The translations under genes and the position numbers were made by a program. From Cetorhinus maximus (taxonomy: Eukaryota): 64,000 bases of DNA. Below the pieces are notes generated by a model. That model made no database searches, was not told the DNA's origin, and worked only from the letters and a program-made list of their open reading frames with translations. The stretch covers positions 558,001 through 622,000 of the forward strand of contig NW_027596187.1 of assembly GCF_964194155.1 (NCBI RefSeq), in the 5' to 3' direction. Below, one piece after another: positions 49,480 to 60,924 of this stretch (its first letter is position 1; every line of letters starts with the position of its first letter).

Positions 49480-50490
49480 AACTTGGTGTCAGAGGACCGG
49501 GTTTTGACGAGAGGTTGGACAAAGCTGGACGTTGTAGCCTTGAGAAGAGGCAAATGGCAAGGTGATCCTGTTGAGTTATATTAAATAGTACTCGATACAG
49601 AAAATGTAAATCCAGATCACGAGTTAAAGCTTAGCTCTGACTTTAGGATGAGAGGACATCATGTTAATGAGTAAAAAGAAACAGGATAGGGAAGGGAGTG
49701 AACGCCAAACTGGACCAATGAAGTAGATCTTCACAAAATGAGTGTTGAGCATGCAGAGTGGCTTTCCACAGCACTGGGATGATTTAAGAAGCAGTTGGAA
49801 GTCCGGACTGTATGTTCTTTCTGAACGTTTGAACTAAGAAGTGCCAGATGTTCTTGCCGTGAGCCTGTGGAGCTCTCTCCCCCCCAGAGAGCGCTGGAGG
49901 CAGGGTCATTGAAAGCAGAGGCAGAGAGATTCTTGACCAACGAGGGAATCACAGGCTATTGGATTAGCCAAGGAAGGCCGCAGGCAGATCAGCCAGGAGC
50001 TTATCAAATGGCGGAGCAGGCTCGAGGGGCCGAGTGGCCTTACTCCTGCCCCTAATTGCCATGCTCGTGAAGGTGCTAAGCCAATGCAAGCTTTTATGCT
50101 CGAAGAGAAGAGGGAGTAAATATGAGAACAACGCTCAAAACACCAAACTGTGTGAAGCCTGTTCACTGTGTGTTTTTGCATTCCCTCTGTCTGATAGGAA
50201 AATGGGAACAAGCAGATCATTCATCCCCTGGGGTCTCCTGTGTTATTCGGTTAACCCGTTGCCGATCTGGACCTTAACTCCTTTTAGCCACATTGGTCCA
50301 ATAACCCTTCATACCCTCAGCCAACAGAACACTTCGATTTGGAGTGTTCAGTTCCACCTCAGCCTCGACAGCTCCTCGGTAGGGTGGGCGGAGGGGAGAG
50401 TTCCAGATTTCCACTCCCCTCGGTGCTTCCTGACATCACCCCTGAACGGCCTGGCTCTCACTTTAAGGTTATGGCCCTTGTTCTGAACTC
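49480..50490. mobile_element. Several decayed CR1 3' fragments (plus strand 49480-50055, minus strand 50200-50490)
   Basis: GAGGGGCCGAGTGGCCT tail; GHNLKVRARPFRGDVRKH on the minus strand. Confidence 0.6.
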
Positions 50491-50637
50491 CCCACATCCC
50501 CCATGCCCCCACCCCCACACCTCCCCCAAGCTGAGGCAAACAATTCTCTCTATTGACCCAGAACTCGCTGCTGCCTGCGAGGGAGGTGGAGGCAGTGGAT
50601 GATGTCAACAGGAAATTGGGTGAGGGAAGTGGGGGAG

Positions 50638-50925
50638 GGGAGGCGATGGCGTAATGATATTGTCACTGGGCTAATATTCCTGGGACCCAGGGTAATGCTC
50701 TGGGGTCCCAGGTTCAAACCCCACCACGGCAGATGGTGAAATTTGAATTCAGTCAAAAGTCTGGAATTAGAAAGACCATGAAAACCATTCCTGATTGTTG
50801 TAAAAACCCATCTGGTTCACACAGTGAAGGAAATCTGTCACCCTTACCTGGTCTGGCCTGACTCCAGACCCACAGCAATGCGGTTGACTCTTAACAATGC
50901 CCTGTGAACGAGGGCAGAGAGCAGG
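50638..50925 (+). mobile_element. tRNA-derived SINE family B with head
   Basis: GGAGGCGATGGCGTAATG (A-box-like), GGTTCAAACCCC (B-box), then the family-B body. Confidence 0.8.
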
Positions 50926-51079
50926 GCAACGGGACTGACTGGAATGGTAAACAGGGAGCTGGCATGGACCTGATGGGCCGAGTGGCCTCCTTTGAATGAC
51001 CTGTGACTCTTACTGGATCTCTGCCCACACCAACGACCTAATCCGATAACTTACCGGCCGATGCCTGTTTATTTTTCAG

Positions 51080-51954
51080 GTTTGATGCGCAGGAGGAGGC
51101 TTTGGATCGGAAGACGATGGAGGGGGCGAAGGAATCTCCGAGCGGCCAGCCTGAGGTCCCGGGGCCCAGCCAGTTGGCGGTGCTGGGGGTGCAGGAGGGC
51201 CGCGGCTTCTGGTGCCTGCTGTGCGGGAAGGGCTTCCGCTGGCGCTGCCTGCTGGACGCCCACCTGCGGGTGCACACGGGCGAGAAGCCCTTCGCCTGCC
51301 CGCTGTGCCCCAAGCGCTTCAGCAAGTCGGGCGAGCTGCGGGTGCACCAGCGGGTGCACACGGGTGAGAAGCCGTTCGCCTGCCCGCTGTGCGGCAAGAG
51401 GTTTTACCGCTCCAGCCACCTGAGCCGGCACCAGCGCTTCCACACTGGCATCAAGCCCTTCCAGTGCAGCGAGTGCCACAAGTGCTTCTTCACCTCCAGC
51501 CACCTGAGCCGGCACCAGAGGGTCCACACCGGCGAGAAGCCTCACGGCTGCACCGACTGCGGCAAGCGTTTCTACAGCCCCGGCGAGCTGGCCGTCCACC
51601 GGCGGGTCCACACCGGCGAGAAGCCCTACGGCTGCGCCGATTGTGCCAAGCGCTTCAACCGGGTGGGCGACCTGACCGTGCACCGGCGCACCCACACGGG
51701 CCAGAACCGGCCCGAGTGCAGCGAGTGCCACAAGCAGTTCAACCGGCCCAGCGAGCTGGTGGTGCACCAGCGGCTCCACTCCGGCGAGAAGCCCTTCGAG
51801 TGCTCCGTCTGCGCCAAGCGGTTCTATCGCTCCAGCAACCTGATTCAGCACCAGGGCATCCACACCGGAGAGAAGCCCTTCGAGTGCCCCATCTGCAAGA
51901 AAAGATTCTACCGCTCCAGCAACCTGACCCGCCATCAACGCAGTGAGGGACACA
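51080..51954 (+). CDS. C2H2 zinc-finger protein 'ZNF-B' main exon, 9 fingers (last is HX5H)
   Basis: Acceptor TTTATTTTTCAG|G; internal strong-Kozak ATG at 51117; nine fingers with TGEKPF linkers; candidate donor CACA|GTGAGA at 51954/51955, where GC3-rich coding composition ends. Confidence 0.92.
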
Positions 51955-52094
51955 GTGAGAAATGTACGGTGCACACTTCACTCTCTCCTCAACTCTCCTT
52001 CTGTCTCGATCTCTCTCCTTCTCTCTATCTCTGGCTCACTTTGATTCCACCCCACCCCCCCACCCTCCTCCATCCCCTTCCACTCTCCCTCCCT

Positions 52095-52840
52095 CACTGG
52101 AAAACAAAGTTCAACATATATAACGGTGAGGTTGTACATTTCGGTCGGAGGGATAGAGAGATCACATTATTTGGAAGCTGTTATCTAGGTAGAGGAGCAA
52201 AGGGATTTCAGAGTTCAAATACAGCAAACGTTAAAGTTGCACCAGCTCAGGAAGGTGATGAAAGGACAGAAAATCGAGTTCTAGTCTTTTTTTCTAGGAT
52301 AGAATTGACAAGTTTGGCCGAGCATGTATCAAACCCTCAGTTAGGTGCGCAGTTCCAGCCGTCATACTATAAAAAGTATCTCGAGACATTGGAGAGGGTG
52401 CAGAGATTTCTGGGGATGATCCCCGAAACGAGGGGGTGCGCAACTCAGGAAAGGGTGAACAGGCTGGGGAATCCTTTCTCTTCCAAAAAAAAACCGGCGG
52501 CTGAGGGAGTAATGGAGGCTTTTAGAATGACGCGCGGAGAGACGGAGAGAATGTTTCCCCTTGTGGGGAAGAGTGGAGCTAGAGGCCGTCAGTGTGAGAC
52601 GGTCCCCAAGAAATCACCCATTCCGGGGAATTCGGGAGAAACGTCCTTATCCAGAGAGTGGGGAGGACGTGGCGCTCACTCCTGCAGGGAGTGGTCGAGG
52701 CGAATAACGGAAAAGCTAGACATGAATGTGAGGGAGAAAGAACGAAGGGTAACGAGGATGGATTTAGATGAGGAGAGATGGGAGGAGGCTGGAGTGTAGC
52801 ATGGACTAGTTGGGCCAAATGGCCTGTTTCTGTGCTGTGT
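52095..52840 (+). mobile_element. Old CR1 3' region that remains in an open frame contiguous with ZNF-B
   Basis: WKTKFNIYNGEVVHFGRR, QFQPSYYKKYLETLERVQRFLGMIP, ERMFPLVGKSGARG; tail TTGGGCCAAATGGCCTGTTTCTGTGCTGT. Confidence 0.8.
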
Positions 52841-53285
52841 ATCCAACACAATCCTATGTAAACTGACTCTCTGTCTCGCTTTCTCTCTGTGGCTTGACTC
52901 ATCCCCCCTCTCTCTCTCTCCCTCCCTCCCTGGCTCCACTGGACTCCACCTTTCTCACTCCACCTCTCCTCCCTGCCTCTTTCTCTTCATAAAGCAGTGA
53001 CGTGTCTTCATCCCTTGGAGGAGACAGGACAGGTTGAGAAAGCTATTTCGGTGAGGGGCGGGGCTGGGTGGGGGGAGAAAACAGTGCTGAGGATCCTTGG
53101 CCTTATGAAGAGAGGCAGTAGAGGAGCTGGGATCATTCCACTTTAGAGCAGAGAAGCGGTTCGAGTGAGTAAAGAGAAGTGGTTTGCAGTGGCAGGAGGG
53201 TCAGTAACCAGGAGACACGACATTGACCTGATTGGTAAAAGAAGCAGTGTATGTGCCGCTGACAAGGGTGGTGGGAACAGATTCA

Positions 53286-53938
53286 ATAGAACCATAGAAC
53301 ACTACAGCACAGAAAACAGGCCATTCGGCCCTTCCAGTCGGTGCCGAAATATTATTCCGCTAGTCCCATTGACCTGCACCCAGTCCATAATCTCCAGACC
53401 TCTTCCATCCATGTATCTATCCAATTTATTCTTAAAACTTAAGAGTGAGCCCGCATTTACCACGTCAGATGGTAGCTCGTTCCACACTCTCACCACTCTC
53501 TGAGTAAAGAAGTTCCCCCTAAACCTTTCCCCTTTCACCCTAAAGCCATGTCCTCTCGTGTTTATCTCTCCTAATCTAAGTGGAAAGAGCCTACTCGCAT
53601 CTACTCTGTCTATACCCCTCACAATTTTGTAAACTTCTATCAAATCTTCCCTCATCCTTCTACGCTCCAAGGAATAAAGTCCTAACCTGTTTAATCTTTC
53701 CCTGTAACTCAACTCCTTAAGACCCGGCAACATCCTAGTAAATCTTCTCTGCACTCTCTCAATCTTACTGACATCCTTCCTGTAGTTAGGCGACCAGAAC
53801 TGCACACAATACTCCAAAGTTGGTCTTATACAACCTCACCATAACATCCCAACTCCTATACTCAATACTTTGATTTATGAAGGCCAGTATGCCAAAAGCT
53901 TTCTTTACAACCTTGTCTACCTGTGACGCCACTTTCAG
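53286..53938 (-). mobile_element. CR1 3' region nested in an older plus-strand CR1 remnant (about 53000-54115)
   Basis: EYCVQFWSPNYRKDVSKIERVQRRFTRMLPGL...FFTQRVVRVWNELP. Confidence 0.93.
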
Positions 53939-54322
53939 TGTACAATAGTAGCTTCAAAAAGGGGATGGGTGAAATACTTGAGAAGAAACGTTTGCAAGGC
54001 TGTGAGGAAAGAGCAGGGGAATAGGGTCTATTTGAATCGCTCTTTCAAAGGGCTAGCAGAGACATGATGGGCTGAATAGCCTTTGCTTTGTATGCTTTGC
54101 ATCATTTTCTGATTCTACATAAGTCTTGGCTCAGTCAGTCTGGTTGAGCAAATTGAATCTTTTCTCACTCGGGGTCACAGGGATGAGGAATATTTTGAGC
54201 TGCAGTGGGAGAAAGTTGAACGATCTCGGGGTGAAGGGGGTGAGGGGAATTTTCAGCCTGATCTTCAACACCGGCTGGATTGTCGGCGGCTGATCTCTCT
54301 GTATTCTCTCTTTGTTGGGTAG

Positions 54323-54591
54323 ATCGAGATGATGCGAGAAACTCCAAGAGGCAGAGCGGCAAGGAGACGGCGACGGAGTCGGGAGCGCCCAAAGGTGCAG
54401 GTGGCCCTGCCACCCGGGAGGGCTGCGGCTTCTGCTGCACTGAGTGCGGCAAGTGGTTCCGCTGGCCGAGCCTGCTGGACGCCCACTTGCGCGTCCACAG
54501 GGGGGAGAAGCCCTTCGAGTGTGCCCGGTGCACCAAGCGGTTCTGCACCTCCAACGGGCTACGGGTGCACCAGCGGACCCATGCCCCCTAG
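54323..54591 (+). CDS. Two-finger C2H2 exon, probable terminal exon of ZNF-B
   Basis: Acceptor TTCTCTCTTTGTTGGGTAG|AT (phase 1, matching the donor at 51954); [21 protein letters not shown] and [21 protein letters not shown], then TAG. Confidence 0.75.
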
Positions 54592-54819
54592 AGGGACGGA
54601 GGGATGCTCGACGGGGTGGGGGTGGGGGGAGGGGGACTGGGGGGCTTCTGTCACACTCCAATCTGACCTCGGCCCGAGGGTTAGTGGACGCTTCGAATTC
54701 TGATGTCCCCTGAAGCGAGGCTGGCCTTGCATTCTACCCCGGACCACCCTTGCATTCCACCCCGGGACCACCCTTGCATTCAACCCCGGGACCACCCTTG
54801 CATTCCACCCCGGGACCAC

Positions 54820-55010
54820 CCCAAAGTGCTTCGCAGCCAGCACAGTCCATTTATTTTCAATGTAGGAAACGTGGCGGGCGGCTCGTGCACAGCAAGATCC
54901 CGCACGCGGCGGCAAGATAAACGACTGGGCCGTCCCGTGTTGATCGAGGGAGGGATGTGGTGGACCCCCCTGCTTTTCGAATGGTGCCTGTGGGAGTCTT
55001 TCCACTGAGG
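54820..55010 (-). mobile_element. Decayed DeuSINE 3' half, preceded by three ~26-bp tandem units (54727-54820)
   Basis: CAAAGTGCTTCGCAGCCA, TGTAGGAAAC and GCACAGCAAGATCCC match 21298-21390. Confidence 0.6.
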
Positions 55011-56112
55011 AGGCAAGTCCTTGGCTCTCCGGCTGCGAGACCTGCTTAGTTCTGGACTGGGGGACGTCGGGCCTGGAATAGTCAGCTGGAATACCCAGTG
55101 CTCGGTGACCATCGTGTAAATATTCATTGGGCTGCATTTCATCGTGGTTTATCTCTGCGAGGAGGCTCATGTCTTTGAAGTTCGCTTTCTCCAAGGAGTT
55201 ACACCTACCTCACCCACATCTTCTGGCAGGGCCCACAGGAACCCACCCCCATGGCATTGCTGCTACCTGGAAAGACTGCCTGGTTATTTTAGCTTTGTTG
55301 TAACAGGCCATCAGGCAGTGACACTGCCACTACTGGAGGAAAAAAGTATAACAACACAACAGCACTGCCTCAGGAGAAAACAAGAATTTCGGTGTTACCC
55401 ATTGATGGCGATGAACTTAAGGGTGTGACTTCATTACAAACTCAAGGACTTGTATATAAAGACAGACCTGAACAAATGTAGGGACCTGGAGTTTGGTGTC
55501 AGTCAGCAGTATGATTTCTAATGAATGTTGTACGTGAAATAGTTGCTGCATATTGAAGGGTGTAGGTAATACGTCACAAAATTAAGATGTCAACTGAGTT
55601 TACATTGATGCTAAGGAGCTAAAGGAGATGGAAGGTGCTTTGAATAGATCCTTTATTCTATTCATTTTCCAAAGGAGGATGTTTAACAGGGTAATGGATT
55701 CTTTCTGTGTTTGTCGAATATAATTCACCTGAAACACCTTACCAATTGGATAGTGATGTTATTCCAAGAGACTGTTATTATAAATTACAGCCTAGTAATT
55801 TCCAGTATAATCTGAGAATCTTTGCTTCTGTATACTAGTTGAATGTAGATAAATGCGATTTGTTATTTTAGCCTGCATGGTACTAGGTTATTTCACGTGA
55901 TACTTCCTACCATGCCACAGTCTAAAGGTGTAGTGAAAATCCTACATAAATGCCCGTGAAATTTGCCATAGCTATGATTCAGTGCCATCCTGCACAAGGT
56001 TTTGATTGTCATACATGTGGCACAATTTTCAGATCTGTAGTTAGAGCCTTTTGAAAGAAGAAACAAGTATTAAGTCCTGCCTGACAACTGGTTGCCCTTT
56101 CTTTCTGCAACA

Positions 56113-56118
56113 AATAAA
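56113..56118 (+). terminator. Candidate polyadenylation signal of ZNF-B
   Basis: AATAAA followed by GT/T-rich GTGTGTTTTATTT, ending about 1 kb of AT-rich UTR-like sequence with no repeat I recognise. Confidence 0.5.
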
Positions 56119-56267
56119 TGATTCTCTGTGACGTGAAGTGTGTTTTATTTATTTGCATGCATTAAATAATAGTTTGGGTTGCTCTAATGGAGTTATTGAG
56201 GTTTTAAAGAGGGTACAATACAGAGTCATTGGGATGATACCTCATGAAGAAATGATAGCACAGTGGT

Positions 56268-56938
56268 AATATCAACATCCTGAGGGGGGTTACAATTGCT
56301 AAGAAACTGAACCTGACCAGCCATATAAATACTGTGGCTACAAGAGCAGGTCAGAGGCTAGGAATCCTGCGACAAATAACACACCTCCTGACTCCCCAAA
56401 GCCTGTCCACCATCTACAAGGCATAAGTCAGGAGTGTGATGGAATACTCCCCACTTGCATGGATGAGTGCAGCTCCCACAACACTCAAGAAGCTCAACAC
56501 CGTCCAGGACAAAGCAGCTCACTTGATTGGCACCCCATCCACAAACATTCACTCCCTCCACCACCGACACACAGTGGCAGGAGTGTGTGTGTACCATCTA
56601 CAAGATGCACTGTAGGAACTCACTAAGGCTCCTTAGACAGCATCTTCCAAACCCACAGTTACTACCATCTAGAAGGACAAGGGCAGCAGATAGATGGGAA
56701 CACCACCATCTGGAAGTTTCCCTCCAAGCCACACACCATCCTGATTTGTGAATATATCCTTCACTGTCGCTGGGTCAAAATCCTGGAACTCCCTCCCTAA
56801 CAGCACCGTGGGTGTACCTACACCACATGGACTGCAGCGGTTCAAGAAGGCAGCTCACCACCACCTTCTCAAGGGCAATTGGGGATGGGCAATAAATGCT
56901 GGCCCAGCCAGCGAAGCCCACATCCCTTAAATGAATTT
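56268..56938 (+). mobile_element. Family-2 CR1-group LINE, RT C-terminus and 3' end
   Basis: SHINTVATRAGQRLGILRQITHLLTPQSLSTIYKA*VRSVMEYSPLAW...VQDKAAHLIG; tail ...GCCCACATCCCTTAAATGAAT. Confidence 0.85.
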
Positions 56939-56944
56939 TTAAAA

Positions 56945-58420
56945 AGTGATGTGCTTAAATCATTGAAGATGGCAGGACAGGTTGAGATCATAGTTCCTAA
57001 AGCATCCAGCATCTTTAATAGAGGCAGAGTACAAAACCTAGGGAGTTATAGTCATTTGTTAGTACAGAACTTTAGTATTGCTGAAAAAAGAGACATGCTG
57101 TTAAATCTTCTTGCACTCATCAGGACTGCTGTGCAAATAGATCAACATTACACTGCATGAGAGTGCTGATTGGTTGGCAAGTAAACTGCCAACCAAACGG
57201 TACTCTCTTCTCATGCAGTGTAAATTGTTGTTCCCTTTACTATTGGTTTATCTTGCACAACTGTCCTGATGAGTGCAAGACGAAAAGCTTTAACGGCATG
57301 TCCCTTTTCTCAGCAATACTTAAGGTAGTTACGTGAAGTTTGTATAAAACATTGGTTCAGCCTCAAAGGGAATGTTGCTTCCAGCTGTGGGCACCAAATT
57401 TTAGGAAGGATGTGGCGCATTGGAGAGGGTGCGGAAAAGATTCACGAGAATGGTTCCAGGGTGGAGGAACTTCAACGATAGACAGATTGAAGGAGAAGTT
57501 AGGACTGTTTTCCTCGGTGAAGAGAAGGTTGAGAGGAGATTTGGTTGAGGTGTTCAAAGTCATGAGGGGCCTGAACAGAGCAGATAGGGAGAAACTCTTC
57601 CCATTGGTCGAAGGATCGGGATTCAGAGGGCACAGATCTAAGATAATCGGCAAGAGGAGGATTGGCGATATGATGACATTTTTTTTCATGCAGCCAGTGG
57701 ACTGCACTGCCTGAGTGTGGTGGAGGCCAGGTCAGTACAGCTCTGGTCACCACGTTACAGGAAAGACATTATTGCTCTGGAGAGAGCGCAGAGGAGATTT
57801 ACAAGAATGTTGCCAGGGCTTGAAAATTGCAGCTATGAGGAGAGATTGGATAGGCTGGGGTTGTTTTCCTTAGAACAGAGGAGGATGAGGGACGACCTAG
57901 TTGAGGTGTACAAAATTATGAGAGGTCTAGATAGGGTGGACAGTAAAGACCTGTTTCCCCTAGCTGAGGGGTCAATTACCAGGGGGGCATAGATTGAAGG
58001 GGATTGGTAGAAGGATTAGAGGGGACATGAGGAAAAACCTTTTCACCCAGAGGGTGGTGGGTGTCTGGAATTGGCTGCCGAAATTGGTGGTTGAGGCCCA
58101 AAAGCTCAACTCATTGAAAAGGTACTTGGATCTGCATCTGAAGTGCTGGAACCTGCGAGGCTACAGACCAGGTGCCGGGAAGTGGGATTAAAAATGAATG
58201 GCCAATTTCCTTTCTCTCTTTTTGGCCAGCGCAGGCATGATGGGCTGAATGGCCTCTTTCTGCACTGTAACTTTTCTAAGAGGGAGTTGGGTTATCTGAA
58301 AAGGAAGAATGCGCAGGGTTACAGGGAGAAGGCGAGGGAATCGCTCGAGGGGTATTGCTCCTTTGGAGAGCTGGAATAGGCAGGAGGGACCTCCCGCTGC
58401 TGTAACCGTTCTGAGATTCT
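56945..58420 (+). mobile_element. Old CR1 3' region containing a Penelope-like insert (57074-57320) and a younger CR1 (about 57730-58275)
   Basis: YKTLVQPQRECCFQLWAPNFRKD, followed by a second QLWSPRYRKDIIALERAQRRFTRMLPG with its own tail. Confidence 0.85.
57074..57320. mobile_element. Penelope-like fragment with inverted termini and hammerhead core
   Basis: 57074-57126 is an imperfect reverse complement of 57263-57320; CTGATGA (57266) - GTGCAAGAC - GAAA (57282) - AGCTTT. Confidence 0.6.
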
Positions 58421-58424
58421 GTAA

Positions 58425-58765
58425 CGGGACCCGGAATGCAGGGGGCCAGCACCAACGATCCAGGCAAATGAGTTCAAATCCCTTCAGAGTGACTGGGGAA
58501 TTCAAATTAAACTGGAATAAAAAGTGAGCATCAGTAGCGGTGACCATGTTGTTGTTAAAACCCCATCTGGTTCACTGATGTCCTTGAGAAGTCGAATTTC
58601 CTTTTCTTATCCAGGCTGGTCTACATGTGACTCCAGACCCACAGCAACGTGGTTAAATCAGAACTGCCCTCTGAAATGGCCGAGCAAGTCACTCAGCTGT
58701 ATTCAAGAAAACAGCTAGGGCAATAAATTCTGTCCACTCCAGCAACAGCCACATCCCATGAAGGA
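58425..58765 (+). mobile_element. SINE family B
   Basis: B-box GAGTTCAAATCCC, family-B body, tail GGGCAATAAAT...CCACATCCCATGAA. Confidence 0.75.
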
Positions 58766-58889
58766 ACATTTAAGAAACACGAAGAAATACAAACATCAAA
58801 GAAAGACTTAAGTTAGTGGGATTTATTTTCTTTGGAACAGTGCAGATTCCAGGACATTTAAGATTGTGCAAGGTTGGGTTAGGTTGATG

Positions 58890-59298
58890 CATAAGACCAT
58901 AAGACATAGGAGCAGAAATTAGGCCATTCGGCCCATCGAGTCTGCTCCGCCATTCAATCATGGCTGATAAGTTTCTCAACCCCATTCTCCCGCCTTCTCC
59001 CTGTAACCTTTGATCCCCTTCCCCATCAAGAACCTATCTATCTCAGTCTTAAATACACTCAATGACCCGGCCTCCACAGCCTTCTGTGGCAATGAATTCC
59101 ATAGATTCACCACTCTCTGGCTAAAGAAGTTTCTCCCCATCTCTGTTCTAAAAGGTCTTCCCTTTACTCTGAGGCTGTGCCCTCGGGTCCTAGTCTCTCC
59201 TACTAATGGAAACATCTTCCCCACCTCCACTCTATCCAGGCCTTTCAGTATTCTGTAAGTTTCAATCAGATCCCCCCACATCCTTCTAAACTCCATTG
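58890..59298 (-). mobile_element. Young CR1 3' end
   Basis: GDLIETYRILKGLDRV...TRGHSLRVKGRPF; near identical to 17276-17576. Confidence 0.92.
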
Positions 59299-59379
59299 AG
59301 CATCTGCAAAGGAGGGGGTAATCTAACTGAAACAGAACAATTTTAATGGTGGTGTGAGAACAGAGAGATTCAGCTACAC

Positions 59380-60835
59380 AAATGTTTGAAGCTGTCAAGG
59401 CAAGTTGATCAGGCTGCTTCCTTCAAAAAAATGTAACAAGCCCCCTTGCTTTTATAAATCGAGGTGTAGTGTACAGAAAGAAGGAAGTTGTAGTCAACCC
59501 TTACAAATCACTGATCAAGCCTCAGCTTGGAGGATGGTGTCCAGTTCTGGGCATGTTAGGAAGGATGTCAGGACATTGGAGGGGGTGCAGAAGAGATTTA
59601 CTAGAATGGTGAGACTGTGAGAAATAAGAACATAAGAAATATGAGCAGGAGTAAGCCATTCGGCCCCTCAAGCCTGCCCCGCCATTCAATAAGATCATGG
59701 CTGAGCTGCCCCAGGCCTCAACTCCTCTTTCATGCCAGCTCCTCATAATCCTCAACTCCCCGATACTTCAAAAATCTACCTACCTCCTCTTTAAATCCTT
59801 CCAGTGATCTATCCTCCACAACTCTCTGGGGCAGAGAATTCCAGACATTCACTACCCTCAGAGAGAAGAAATTCCCTCGCAACTCAGTTTGAAATGAGTG
59901 TCCCCTTATTCTGTAACTATGTCGCCTAGTAAGAGCAGGAGTAGGTCAAAGAGCCTGCTCCATCGTAGCTCCACTTTCCTACCTGATCCCCAAATCCCTT
60001 GATTATCTTCGAGTCCAAAAACCTGTTGATTTCAGCCTTGAGTGTGCCCAACAACTGAGCATCCACAGTCCTCTGGGGTAGGGGACGAGCCTCTGAGTAC
60101 AGCGGTTTCTCCCCATCTCAGTCCGAAATGGCCAATCCCTTATCTGGAGACTGTGCCTCATAGTATTCTAGACTCTCCAGCCTCGGAATCTTCTACCTTT
60201 CATTGAGTACACCTCTCGAGCTTCTAGGCTCCAGTGAGTACAGGCCGGTCCTAGTCAAATCTCTCCTCACAGGACAAGCCTCCCATCCCAGGAATCAATC
60301 TGGTGAACCTTTGTGGCATCCCCATCTTTCCTTAACTTCTTTACTTTTGTCCGATACACCTCGATTTATGTTTGGAGGCTAAAGTTACACACTGTACTTC
60401 AACTGTGGTTACATCAAAGTCCCATGAAACTGCAGCACAGCTTCCTTCCTCTTGTGCTTCAACCCCTTTTTGCCATAACAGGTAGGGGGACTTCAGTTAC
60501 ATGGAGAGATGAGAGAAGCCGGGACTGATCTCCTTCAAGCAGAAATATTAAGGGGAGATTTAAGAGGGCTGGTTAATATTGTCAGGGGTTTTGATAGACT
60601 AAATAGAGAGAAACTGATTCACTGCAGCAGTGCCGGTGATGAGGACACAGATTTAAGTTAATAGTCAATAGAAGCAGCGAAGGGATGAGAATTCCTTTCC
60701 AGTTGTTGTGATCTGGAACGGGCTGTCCAACAGGGCAATACATTTCAAAAGGGAATTGAATATTTGCTTAAAAGGGTGAAACATTTGCACAGGCAAAGAG
60801 CCAGATGGGCCGAATAGCCTCCTTCTGTGCTGTAT
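59380..60835. mobile_element. Stack of CR1 fragments (plus 59380-59617 and 60480-60835; minus 59620-60320)
   Basis: RKDVRTLEGVQKRFTRMV on the plus strand; two minus-strand 3' tails starting at about 59620 and 59930. Confidence 0.7.
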
Positions 60836-60924
60836 CAACATGGCTCCTCCAACAGCACCATAGGGGCAGGAGGAAGGAATTTAACCCCTCGAGTCTGCTC
60901 CATTATTCAATGAGATCAGGGCTG

